A DNA stretch of 64,000 nt from an uncultured Candidatus Binatia bacterium (GCA_965213675.1 OZ243916.1:3520001-3584000), one strand, 5' to 3'. Numbered from the stretch's first letter, positions 10,333 through 19,841 are shown. Numbers and translations are program-made. Notes: a model not told the origin generated them from the letters alone.

Positions 10333-10605
10333 ATGTCCAGCGACGCCGACGCTTTCCTGGTCCCGGTCACCGAGGATGAGATCCGGCGCGAGCGCCGAAA
10401 GGCGCGGGAACTGCGCAACACTCCTTGGTGGAAGAACCGCACCAGCCAAGGCGTGTGCGCCCACTGCGGTGGCCGCTTCCCGGCGCATGCGCTGACCATG
10501 GATCATCTCGTGCCCGTCATCCGAGGCGGCAAGACCACCAAGGGGAACGTCGTCCCCAGTTGCAAGCCCTGCAACACCGCTCGGAAGCACAGCCTGCCGT
10601 TCTGA
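10333..10605 (+). CDS. HNH endonuclease family protein
   Basis: CAHC...TMDHLVPVIRGG...NVVPSCKPCN. Confidence 0.9.
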   Translation: MSSDADAFLVPVTEDEIRRERRKARELRNTPWWKNRTSQGVCAHCGGRFPAHALTMDHLVPVIRGGKTTKGNVVPSCKPCNTARKHSLPF

Positions 10606-10688
10606 GCCGTAAGGGCGCGGGCGGGGCGGGCCGGGAATCCCTGGTCCCGGTCCGGCAGCACAGGCCCCGCGGCGCGTTGGATGGACGG

Positions 10689-11114
10689 CTACTTCGGCGC
10701 GTAGTCGCTGCGCAGCCGCAACACCGTGGTGTCGCCGCCGAGGCCGTACTCATGAATGCTCGCAAAGATGTCGCGAACCCTCTCGCGCGCGAAGTACTTT
10801 CCCGCATCCGCCATGCTGTCGAATTCGAACTCGACCACACGTTGGGGCGAGGAACTGAAGTAGCTGTCGTAGGCGGTAATGCGCCGCACTTCAGCCGGCG
10901 CCCGGAGGTCTTCGGCGACGCTTGCCACCCAGGCGATATACCGGTCCTTTCCCCCCACGGGATAGCTCAATGTGAACACGTACTTGATCGATGGCCGGCT
11001 CTGCTGCGCTTCCTGCCCGTGGACCCGCGCTGTCTCCGGCAGCCACGGGTGCGCCAAAAGAGCCAGTGCGAGCACACCGGCCATGGCGCCGGCGAACCTG
11101 AGTGTGCGTTTCAT
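10689..11114 (-). CDS. Hypothetical exported protein (possibly a dimeric alpha-beta barrel)
   Basis: Signal peptide MKRTLRFAGAMAGVLALALL; VVEFEFDSMADA segment; AAGGA RBS. Confidence 0.7.
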   Translation of the reverse strand: MKRTLRFAGAMAGVLALALLAHPWLPETARVHGQEAQQSRPSIKYVFTLSYPVGGKDRYIAWVASVAEDLRAPAEVRRITAYDSYFSSSPQRVVEFEFDSMADAGKYFARERVRDIFASIHEYGLGGDTTVLRLRSDYAPK

Positions 11115-11325
11115 GATGCCTGTTCCTTTCTTTCGTGACGGTGGGTTTCGCCGTTCATCATTCGTTTCGGGATACCTGTCGGGTCTGCCGGGGTCAATGG
11201 TGGACCGGCCGCCGCCGGCCCTCCCGGACCGTGCGCCCCTGGTTATCAATGGAAGTGGCCTGAGACGCCGTGTCCTTCCGACCGGAGAACCTCCCGTATC
11301 CCGGACCTTCGGGGACGGGACGCCG

Positions 11326-12078
11326 TCACATCAGCGCCCGGGCCGACCGCACCATGATGTAGCATCCCAGCGACAACAGGGCGATGTAGAGCACCTGCCG
11401 GAATCGTTCCTCGGAGAGCCGCCGGCGGATGCGCCGGCCCGCGATCATGCCGGCGGCCGCGGGCAGCAGCGCCGCCCCCGACCACGCGGCGTAGGAGAGA
11501 TCGAGCAGGCCGGTGCCGCGGAGCGCCAGAGCCAGAGCCACGGTCGATAGCGTGAAGAAGATCCCCATGGCCTGCACCAGCATGTCGCGGGCCAGCCCGA
11601 TGGCTTGCAGGTACAGGACCCCAGGCACGACGAAGGAGCCGGTCATGCCGGTCACGACTCCGTTGACGGCGCCCAGCAGCGGCCCCGCCCATGTTTCCTG
11701 CCTGGGCGCGAGGGCGAACCGCGCGCCTGCCAGGTTCAGCCCCGCGTAGACCGCCAGCAAAAGCCCCAGCAGCGCGGACAGCCACGTCACGTCGATCCGC
11801 GACAGCGCCAGCGCGCCGATCCATACCGTGCCCGTCGCCGTGGCCAGGAAAGGCCAGATGCGCGACAGGATGGCGCGGCCGTTGCCGCCCACCGCCGCCT
11901 GCCAGACGTTGGTGACGAAGGACGGCGCCAGCAACAGCACCATGGCCGTTGTCAGATCGAAAGCCACGGTCAGCAGGCCAAGACTCACCGCGGGAAGACC
12001 GAACCCCACCAAGCCCTTGACGCCGCCCGCGATCAGAAACACGGCAAAGATGATGGCGGTGGTCAGAGGGTCGGACAT
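11326..12078 (-). CDS. TauE/SafE sulfite exporter family protein
   Basis: AGGVKGLVGFG...NGVVTGMTG repeated motif; multiple TM segments. Confidence 0.85.
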   Translation of the reverse strand: MSDPLTTAIIFAVFLIAGGVKGLVGFGLPAVSLGLLTVAFDLTTAMVLLLAPSFVTNVWQAAVGGNGRAILSRIWPFLATATGTVWIGALALSRIDVTWLSALLGLLLAVYAGLNLAGARFALAPRQETWAGPLLGAVNGVVTGMTGSFVVPGVLYLQAIGLARDMLVQAMGIFFTLSTVALALALRGTGLLDLSYAAWSGAALLPAAAGMIAGRRIRRRLSEERFRQVLYIALLSLGCYIMVRSARALM

Positions 12079-12636
12079 TCCGGCACCAAGCGGCACGGAT
12101 GGGAGCGGTGCGGCACGGAGCCGGTGATGGGGTCGATGATGTTGTTGTCGATGATGACCTGGCCGGAATGGCCCGTGTCCGCCTCCGGGCGCACGGAGCG
12201 CCCGCCCTCCACCGTGGCCACGGTCTCGCAGCAGGACTGGATCATGGCGCGATACGTGCGAATCTGGCGAGCATTCGGGGATGCTACCAAAACCGGCGCC
12301 AGGGTTCGACCGCCCGATGACGGTTCAGGCCGTTGGGACCGGCTCGCCCTCTCTCCAGGAGTCGGCAGTCGAACGCCATGCGGCGCCGGTCTTCGGACAA
12401 GGGAACAACACGCTCGACATCCAGATCAGCCTGCGCAACCGCTGTCGGACACCTCCGCATACAACATCCCGTTTCGGGGCCCAAGCCGATATTCCTCGAT
12501 CTTCTCTCCTTCCGTCGGTATCGAGAGAACGAACACTGCACGGGTCATCGTCAGTTTGTGCAGCTCTCAGGCATTGGAAACGCCACGGAAGCTTGGCAAT
12601 CTTCCCAAGGCCACGTAACTCCGTATAATTGACGAT

Positions 12637-12957
12637 GTGCTGTTCATTGAGACATCGGCGTTTACCAAGCATCTGCCATCATACCTCGATGACGACAGCT
12701 ACGCGGCACTTCAGGCGCTGCTCAGCGTACACCCGGACGCCGGCGACATTATTCGCGGGACGGGATGCATCCGGAAAATCCGCTGAAGGTCGAAGGGTCG
12801 AGGCAAACGAGGCGGCACTCGGGTAATCTACTATTGGCGCGTCCGGGAAAACCACATCTACCTGCTCACATTGTACGGTAAGGGTGTCAAGGATGACCTG
12901 ACATCAGCCGAAGTGGCGGCTTGGCGCAAAGTCGTAGAGGAGATCGGCGATGGCTGA
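12637..12957 (+). pseudogene. RelE/HigB-2-like toxin with a nonsense codon
   Basis: Not in the ORF track. GTG start, LFIETSAFTK...HPDAGDIIRGTGCIRKIR*RSKGRGKRGGTRVIYY...LLTLYGK; TGA at 12784-12786 replaces the conserved Trp; overlaps the antitoxin start. Confidence 0.85.
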
Positions 12958-13264
12958 ACGCAATATCGCCATGGAGGTCCTGAAAGGTCTGCACGAGGTT
13001 CGGGAACATCGGGCTGGCCGTCGGACGCTCCGAACCACCCGTGTGGAGGTGAAACCACTGCCTGCACTCACGCCTGAAATGATCAAAAGTGTTCGCGAGG
13101 ACCTTGACGTGTCGAGAGCCGTTTTCGCCCACCTGCTGCGTGTGCCGGTGCGAACCGTCGAAGGCTGGGAGCAGGGCAGGTCGAAACCACCCGACACCGC
13201 CGCAGCCCTCATGCTCATGGTCAGGAAGTACCCGGATACGTTCGACCGGCTGGCGTCGTTGTGA
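12950..13264 (+). CDS. HigA-like HTH antitoxin
   Basis: Xre HTH: IKSVREDLDVSRAVFAHLLRVPVRTVEGWEQGR. Confidence 0.88.
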   Translation: MAERNIAMEVLKGLHEVREHRAGRRTLRTTRVEVKPLPALTPEMIKSVREDLDVSRAVFAHLLRVPVRTVEGWEQGRSKPPDTAAALMLMVRKYPDTFDRLASL

Positions 13265-13450
13265 GGCAACCCGTCAATTAACCAATTCAGCGCGGCGATG
13301 AAATCTTACCCCGTCCAGCTCGAAATCTCCGGCCCGTCGGCGATGTGGACGCGGCCGGATACCGGATCATCTCACTTGTAGCCAGGACGGTGACAAGCTT
13401 GCTCAATAGGGTCGTTTCCCGAACTCGCAAAGTCGACCTCGAGTTCTCTG

Positions 13451-14155
13451 CTACCCTCCGAACGTCGACTGGTAGTCTTGCCACGCCTTGGGGCCGGCGC
13501 GGTCGAAGACCTTTTCGCGGAGCCCGCCGGCGTACTGGGCGGGGATGAAGTTGATCTTCTCGGTGAGGGAGGGTTTGAGGCGCACGCCTTGGGCGCGCAG
13601 TTCATCGGCCATGACGAGGTTGTCGAAGACCACGCGAATTTCGTCATGGTCGGTCCACATGGCCTTGTAGACGATGCGGCCTTCCTTGCTGACGATATAG
13701 ACCATGTTGGGAAGGACGCCGTAGAGCTGGTGCACGGTGCCTTGGAGGTCGTCGACGAGAAGCGGGTTCTCGATGCCGTCCTGGTCCCGGCAGTGGCGCG
13801 CGTATTCCAGCTTTTGTTCCATGTCCTTGTGGGGGCCGTAGTGCTCACCGGGATGGGGCTCGCGCACGTAGATGGTGAGAAACTCGAAACCCTTGTCGCG
13901 ATAGTTCCGGTACATTTCGTTGAGGGGCGAGACCTCGCCCACGAACGGCGGTCAGGTGATGCTGCCGAATTCCAGCAGCACGTGCTTGCGGCCCTTGAAC
14001 GCGGAGAGTTTGACCGGTTCTCCTTCCAGGGCGGGAAGGGTGAAGTCCGGAGCTACCTCCCCGGCCCGCAGGCGTGCGGCAAATTCGCCGGCCTTGGCGG
14101 CACTCTCCGACCGGTCGAAGGTTTCGTAGTTGTAGGCGCTGACGGGTTGACTCAT
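13451..14155 (-). CDS. Iodothyronine deiodinase-like thioredoxin-fold selenoprotein (Sec68), 234 aa
   Basis: Track ORFs 13952..14314 and 13451..13942 share one frame and are separated by a single TGA (13954-13952): APDFTL...LEFGSIT-U-PPF...IYVREPHP...LVDDLQG...YGVLPN; AAGGAG RBS; SECIS-like hairpin follows the TGA. Confidence 0.9.
13916..13945 (-). promoter_or_regulatory. Bacterial SECIS-like hairpin
   Basis: mRNA UUCGU-GGGCGA-GGUC-UCGCCC-CUCA-ACGAA; apical loop starts 17 nt after the UGA. Confidence 0.8.
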
Positions 14156-14350
14156 TGTGGACTCCTTTGCCTTTGTGGGGGCCGCGGCGCGGCCCGTCCG
14201 AATTGCGCGATTCCAATACCGGCGGTGGGACCGGGAAAAGCGGCCCGCGTTTTCGAAAGACAGTTGCAGGCGCGCTTTATCGGTGCGGCGTCCCGTGCGA
14301 CGGGTTCGCCGCATGGTCTCGGGGTGGGGCGCTCTTCCGTGCTGCCGTGT

Positions 14351-15322
14351 TCACACACGCGCGTCTTCCGCGAGGACCTCCACCAGTTCCCGCATGTCGC
14401 CTGGCATGGGCGCCGTCCATGCCGTGGACTCGCCCGTTTCCGGATGGCGCAGGCCCAGCCGCTCCGCGTGCAGGGCTTGCCGTTGAAAGCCGCGCAGCAG
14501 GTTCGCGACGCGCGGCCCCTGGCCCTTCAGGGCGCCTTCGCTGCGCCCGCCGTAAACCGGGTCGCCCACCACCGGATGGCTGATGTGGGCCATGTGCACG
14601 CGGATCTGATGGGTGCGGCCGGATTCCAGGCGGACCTGCAGCAGCGTGTGACTCCGGTATACGGCCTTTACCGCGTAGTGGCTGATGGCCTCCTTGCCGC
14701 GCGGCTGCACCGACATGCGGGTGCGGTGAACCGGGTGCCGGCCGATGGGCGCCGTGACGGAGCCGCCGGTTCGGACGAGGCCGCGCACCAGCGCCAGGTA
14801 TTCGCGCTTGATGCGCCGCGCCTGCAACTCCCGCACCAGCCGCAGGCGCACGGCGTCGGTCTTGGCCACCACCAGGAGGCCCGAAGTGTCCTTGTCCAGC
14901 CGGTGCACGATGCCGGCCCGCGGCACGGCCTCGAGGGACGGGCAGTGGTGCATCACGGCGTTGAGCAGCGTGCCCTCGGGATTGCCCGCCCCCGGGTGGA
15001 CTACCATTCCGGGCGGCTTGTGGACCACCAGCAGGGCGTTGTCTTCGTGGACGATTTCAAGCGGGATGGGCTGCGCCTGCCAGGGAACCTCTGCGGGCTC
15101 CGGCATGTGCATCTCGATGCGGGCTCCGGCCACGACCTTGTCCGAACATCCGGGGATGCTGCCTTCGAGATGCACATGCCCGTCGCGCACGAGCCGCTGA
15201 AGGCGGGAGCGCGAGTGGTCCGGCAGGAGCGCCGCCAGCGCCGCGTCCAGACGTTTCCCGTGGAGCGTCCGGGGCACGATCAGGCGTATTGCGGGCGCGG
15301 GATCTTGAGGGATGGCTCCCAT
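14351..15322 (-). CDS. rluD: 23S rRNA pseudouridine synthase RluD
   Basis: S4 domain RLDAALA...SRSRLQRL; HRLDKDTSG; GRTHQIRVH; QALHA. Confidence 0.9.
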   Translation of the reverse strand: MGAIPQDPAPAIRLIVPRTLHGKRLDAALAALLPDHSRSRLQRLVRDGHVHLEGSIPGCSDKVVAGARIEMHMPEPAEVPWQAQPIPLEIVHEDNALLVVHKPPGMVVHPGAGNPEGTLLNAVMHHCPSLEAVPRAGIVHRLDKDTSGLLVVAKTDAVRLRLVRELQARRIKREYLALVRGLVRTGGSVTAPIGRHPVHRTRMSVQPRGKEAISHYAVKAVYRSHTLLQVRLESGRTHQIRVHMAHISHPVVGDPVYGGRSEGALKGQGPRVANLLRGFQRQALHAERLGLRHPETGESTAWTAPMPGDMRELVEVLAEDARV

Positions 15323-15546
15323 GGAGATGAAGGGTAGTGGCGACGCGCCGGCTGATGCGTATCGGACCAGACCAAGCCAAACCTTGTTCCTTTCGTTTGC
15401 CGATTGCAACGGAAACCGCCTCTCCGGCGGTAAAATAAATGAGGCAATGGACCCTTGAAGAGACGGGGCCTGTCCGGTCGGGCACCCCTTGGAATCGCAC
15501 CGCAACCCACATTGACGGCCGTGCGGCCGGGCCGTAGACTCGGACG

Positions 15547-16908
15547 ATGGACCTGCGAACCTACCTCGACTCGGTCAAGCGCCTCGCACCGGAACGCCTG
15601 GCGGTGGTGACGGACAAGCACGACATCCACCTGGAAGTCTGCGCCATGATCGCGGACCTGGAGAAACGCAAGCGCGAGCCGCTGCTGCTTTTCTCCAACA
15701 TCGACAACCTGAGCGGCGAGCCGTCGGAGTTCCCGTTGCTGATGAATGCGTTCGCCTCGCGCGCGGCCTGCGCCGTGGCCCTGGGGCTGGCGCCGGCGCA
15801 GTCGGGCCGCGAATTGATGATGGAGTTCCAGGCGCGCGAGAACCGGCGCGAGAAGCCGGTGGTGGTGGACGCCGCGGAAGCCCCGGTCAAGCAGGTCAGG
15901 ATGGACCCCAACCTGCACTTCCTGCCGGTGCTGACGCACCACACCGCCGACCTGGGCCCCTACCTGACCATGACCTGGGCCGCCCGCGACCCGGACACGG
16001 GCATCTACAATTCGTCGTTCCACCGATGCTACGTGCGCGACCCCAACCACTTGGTGATGTTCTTCGAGCGCCGCCACCTGTGGGACTACTACGTGCGCGC
16101 GGAGGCCCGTGGCGAGGCGCTGCCGGTGGCCTGCGTCATCGGCCACCACCCGGCCTACTACCTCGGCAACTGCATCCTCAACGGCATCGCCGAGGACGAG
16201 TACGAGAGCATCGGCGGACTCATGGGCGAGCCCTTGCGACTGGTGCCTTCGGAGACTTTCGGCGACGCGCTGCTGGTGCCTGCGGACGCCGAGATGATCA
16301 TCGAGGGGCGCGTGCTGCCGCACCAGCGGGAAGTGGAGGGACCGTTCGGCGACTTCACCGGCCTGTACGGCGCCGCGGGGGCATCGCCGGTGGTGGAGGT
16401 CACCGCCATCACCCACCGCCAGGGCGCCATGTGCATGGACATCCTGGCGGGGCACCGCGATCACCGTCTGCTGGGAGCGGTGCCCAAGGAGGGCAGCATC
16501 TACCGCAACGTGCGCGCGGTGGTGCCCACCGTCCATTCCGTGTGCCTGCCCCTGAGCGGCGCCGGCCGGTTCCACTGCTACATCAGCATCGACAAGCGCT
16601 GCGAGGGCGAGGCCAAGCTCGCCGCCATGGCCGCGTTCACCGCCTCGGAACTCATCAAGCACGTGGTGGTGGTGGACGCCGACATCGACGTGTACGACGA
16701 AGAAGAGGTGCTGTGGGCGGTGGCCACCCGGGTGGACGCGGCCACGGACATCGCCATCATCGACCGCGTCAAGGGCAGCCGCCTGGACCCGGTGCATCCC
16801 GGCAAGGACTGGGGCTCCAAACTCATCATCGACGCCTGCCGCAACGAAGAAATCGCGTTCCCGGAACGCCTCGCCGCCGCCCCGTACCGGCCGAAGGGAC
16901 GGCGATAG
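15547..16908 (+). CDS. UbiD family prFMN-dependent decarboxylase
   Basis: EGPFGDFTG; KHVVVVDADIDVYD; VLWAVATR; LDP...SKLIIDA. Confidence 0.92.
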   Translation: MDLRTYLDSVKRLAPERLAVVTDKHDIHLEVCAMIADLEKRKREPLLLFSNIDNLSGEPSEFPLLMNAFASRAACAVALGLAPAQSGRELMMEFQARENRREKPVVVDAAEAPVKQVRMDPNLHFLPVLTHHTADLGPYLTMTWAARDPDTGIYNSSFHRCYVRDPNHLVMFFERRHLWDYYVRAEARGEALPVACVIGHHPAYYLGNCILNGIAEDEYESIGGLMGEPLRLVPSETFGDALLVPADAEMIIEGRVLPHQREVEGPFGDFTGLYGAAGASPVVEVTAITHRQGAMCMDILAGHRDHRLLGAVPKEGSIYRNVRAVVPTVHSVCLPLSGAGRFHCYISIDKRCEGEAKLAAMAAFTASELIKHVVVVDADIDVYDEEEVLWAVATRVDAATDIAIIDRVKGSRLDPVHPGKDWGSKLIIDACRNEEIAFPERLAAAPYRPKGRR

Positions 16909-16973
16909 CGAATGTTCGCTTTCGCGAATTCCTGCGGCGCAAGTTCGTCGATGGGTTTGGGAGATGCGCCGGG

Positions 16974-17357
16974 CTATAGAAATTTGACGAGGGCGACGAT
17001 CAGGCCGCCTTGGGCGATCAGCGCGCCGAACAGCCATTTCACAAGGTCGGCCTTCACCGCCTCGATGGTGGCGCTGTTTTCGTGCCGCAGGGTTTCAATG
17101 CCGGCCTTGGTCTCCTGCCGTAGGGTTTCAATGCTGGCCTCAACTCTGGCGATATCGGCCTTGGTTTCCTGCCGCAGTGCATCGATGCCGGCCTTGGTTT
17201 CCTGCCGCAGCGCTTCTACATCGGCTTTGGTGGCGAGGTTGGCGTTGAGGAGGGCGACATGCTCTTCGGCGAGCGTCTCGGCCTGCTTCTCGGTGAAGCC
17301 ATTCTCGGTCAGGCGCTTGACAAAGCGATGAGTGTCGAATGCGATGGCCTCGGCCAT
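16974..17357 (-). CDS. DUF1640/CCDC90-like coiled-coil protein with internal repeats
   Basis: FDTHRFVKRLTENGFTEKQAE, LATKAD, LRQETKA repeats and a C-terminal TM helix. Confidence 0.85.
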   Translation of the reverse strand: MAEAIAFDTHRFVKRLTENGFTEKQAETLAEEHVALLNANLATKADVEALRQETKAGIDALRQETKADIARVEASIETLRQETKAGIETLRHENSATIEAVKADLVKWLFGALIAQGGLIVALVKFL

Positions 17358-17446
17358 GGCACGATCATATCAACCCCACCGGGGCGGGACAAGGACACGG
17401 CGGGTAAGACTGCACAGCGCGGCGGCGGCTACCGGAACGACCGCGC

Positions 17447-18331
17447 TCACGGCGCGGGAACCCATCTGAGCCTCACAAACACGCGCCGCCCGACCTGGCC
17501 GTCCTCCATCGCGGTGTCGGCGACTTCGAAAAACCCCTTCTCCAGAGTCTCACGGTCAAGCTTGACGACGGTGCTGTAACAGCGGTCGTCTTCCATGGCG
17601 TCATCCTCCCACAGGACGACGACGAGGTCGTCGTCCGGGTAGACACGCAACGTGGCGGGTCTCCCGGGGCTTGACCGCATCCGCAGAAGGGACCTCAATC
17701 GACGCCATTCCTTCACCAGATCCTGCCCTTCGCGCAACATCCGAAATTCCGTCTCCGAAAGAGCTTCCCTGGATTCAAACCGTTTCACCGTACGCCTGTA
17801 GGGGAAACTCCGCGCATTGCTCTTGAGTTGTTCGGCTCCCGTTTTTCCGTGGAACACTTCAAGTGCCAACAACCCGGCATCAAGCTTTCCCATGAGCGCC
17901 ATCCACTGGGCATCGTCAAGGACGGTGCCTTGCGCTCGACGAGCTCGCCTCGCAGCGTCGTAAAAGGGCTTCCTGGCCGCCCGCAACTTCGTCAACATGT
18001 CCTCCTCCGCGAAGGAAAGCGGACGGGCGCGGCTCCTGGACTCCCGCTTGGCCAAGGTTCTGAGCTTGCCCAAGGCGCTGCTCATTTTACCATAGCCGAC
18101 GACCTTCTTGGTTTTCCTTTCAACGGCCTTGACCTGTTTCCGAATCGCCGGGTCCGCGCGCGTGACAACCACGTAGTACTCCGGCCCCGAGTGGGTGTCG
18201 CCACACCATGCCGGGCCTCGTTGGATATGGGCCGACAAAAGGTACGCGGGTTTTGCCGTCTGAGCCTGGACGTCCACGGCGCTCAGGCCCAGCAGTGTCA
18301 TCGCCATCACCCCGCAGATCCATGAACGCAT
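17447..18331 (-). CDS. Hypothetical exported protein
   Basis: Signal peptide MRSWICGVMAMTLLGLSAVDVQA; acidic C2-like segment VVLWEDDAMEDD near the C-terminus. Confidence 0.65.
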   Translation of the reverse strand: MRSWICGVMAMTLLGLSAVDVQAQTAKPAYLLSAHIQRGPAWCGDTHSGPEYYVVVTRADPAIRKQVKAVERKTKKVVGYGKMSSALGKLRTLAKRESRSRARPLSFAEEDMLTKLRAARKPFYDAARRARRAQGTVLDDAQWMALMGKLDAGLLALEVFHGKTGAEQLKSNARSFPYRRTVKRFESREALSETEFRMLREGQDLVKEWRRLRSLLRMRSSPGRPATLRVYPDDDLVVVLWEDDAMEDDRCYSTVVKLDRETLEKGFFEVADTAMEDGQVGRRVFVRLRWVPAP

Positions 18332-19040
18332 CGCTGCCCTCCCACCATTGCAACCCGGAACGCACCGGCTCCGTCCGGATTCTCCGTCAAGACCGTACGG
18401 CGTGCAAAGAACCTCCGCCGCCGCACGTTCCGGTGAATCCCGCCACCGGACTCCCACGCCGACCCATCAGTGCTGCCTGTCCCGCCCTCGAAACCGGCTC
18501 ATGTTGACCAGGCGCAGCTCTTTCGTGAGCACGTCGCCTTCGTCAAAGCACTTTAACAAGGCGTGAATTCCGGGGCAAAACGCTTCGTGGTCGAGCGGGC
18601 CATGGCTTCCCATACCCCCGCGGCCGGAAACACACGGGCCGCAGACCCACCAAAAAACGATTCGCTTTTCACTGCTTCTCCGGCTAACTTCGAAAAGCTT
18701 CAGCCCCTCAGGGGGCTCAAGCGTATGATTGGGTAGCGTCGAGCGCCCGTGACGGCTACCGTCAACCGTTCGCGCCACGCCGCCACGCGCCAGCGCACGG
18801 TGTTGGCCATGTGTTGATCGGGTTTGAGGTGTTCCGCCCGGGTCTCCGGGCAGGTATTTTTTAGTGAGTACATTCAAGTAGTTGGAGACGAAGCGGCGCA
18901 GGATTCAAGCTACAGGGCCGCGTTTCGAACCCGCCCGTATGGCACCGCCTGGGGGAATGCAACGCAGCCGTCTTCGAAGATTGATTACCGCGGTGAACAT
19001 CATGGAAAATGTGGACAATCCGGAGCATCGGTCTGGGCGG

Positions 19041-19514
19041 ATGACCGGCCAGGCAATGCGGGAGCCGCGTGTCCACGTGGCACAGACCGCGTGCGCCGGG
19101 AGCGATGCGGGTTGGCGCATCGTCTGGCGTGTCACGAACCTGACGGCCTCGGATTTGAGGTTGCTCGACGCGCGTTTCCCGCACGGGCAGTTCCGCGGCG
19201 GGCTTATGGAACTCGGCGGCATGCGGGTCGCGCCGTCGGAGAGTGCCGCCCTGGAGGCGGTGGTGGCTTGCCGAGGCAGGCGCGGCGACGTGGTGGAGAA
19301 TGCCTTTCTGATCGCCACCGTGGAATGGCGCGAGCACCGTTGGCGCGTCCTGGCGCGCTTCACCGTGCGCTTCGCCGCGGACGGGTCGCCCGCCGCCACC
19401 ACGGAACTCGTGACGGTTCAGCGGGTGGGTTTCTCGCGCCCCCAGGAGCCTGCGCCGCAGGCTCCCAGCGTCGAGCTTCAGTGTCCGAAGGTTGACGAAA
19501 CGCCAACGGGATGA
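19041..19514 (+). CDS. Hypothetical beta-rich (Ig-like) protein
   Basis: Coding-like codon bias; alternating beta-strand pattern WRIVWRVTN...RFPHGQFR...VENAFLI; start uncertain (19041 or 19056). Confidence 0.65.
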   Translation: MTGQAMREPRVHVAQTACAGSDAGWRIVWRVTNLTASDLRLLDARFPHGQFRGGLMELGGMRVAPSESAALEAVVACRGRRGDVVENAFLIATVEWREHRWRVLARFTVRFAADGSPAATTELVTVQRVGFSRPQEPAPQAPSVELQCPKVDETPTG

Positions 19515-19625
19515 CACTCATGGATCAGCGCCATGGGGCATTCCTTGAAAGGGACCGTGGCGAGACGGATCCGGCTACGGCATCGCGACAGGATCGAGGC
19601 GGTTCACCGCCTCTGAAGGGACAGC

Positions 19626-19841
19626 ATGACGGAACGGGAGAGCTATATCTTCAAGCGCATGGGCGGCTGATACCGCAATTGAGGCCTCGGCTTCGAAGAG
19701 ACCGCGGGTATGGTCTCCAACACGCTTGACATGGAACTCGACGACCTCGTCGCGACGCTGAAACGCGTCCGGGAAACTTCCGGCGCGGCCCCCGAATACC
19801 TGGAACTGCGCGCGCCGCTTCCGGACGACTGGCCCATCTGA
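19626..19841 (+). CDS. Candidate small selenoprotein with two Sec residues (U15-Y-R-N-U19), 71 aa
   Basis: Not in the ORF track. MTERESYIFKRMGG-U-YRN-U-GLGFEETAGMVSNTLDMELDDLVATLKRVRETSGAAPEYLELRAPLPDDWPI; TGAs at 19668-19670 and 19680-19682; AAGGGA RBS; hairpin at 19698-19717. Confidence 0.7.
19698..19717 (+). promoter_or_regulatory. Bacterial SECIS-like hairpin
   Basis: GAGACC-GCGGGUAU-GGUCUC; the G-rich loop lies 23 nt after the second UGA and 35 nt after the first. Confidence 0.65.

Noticed and set aside
12080-12630. Short ORFs between tauE and the toxin gene
   Set aside because: No recognisable motifs or consistent frame; probably degraded remnants.
12784-12786. In-frame TGA in the RelE/HigB toxin as selenocysteine
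   Set aside because: It aligns to a conserved Trp rather than Cys, and there is no convincing downstream hairpin; a nonsense mutation is the simpler explanation.
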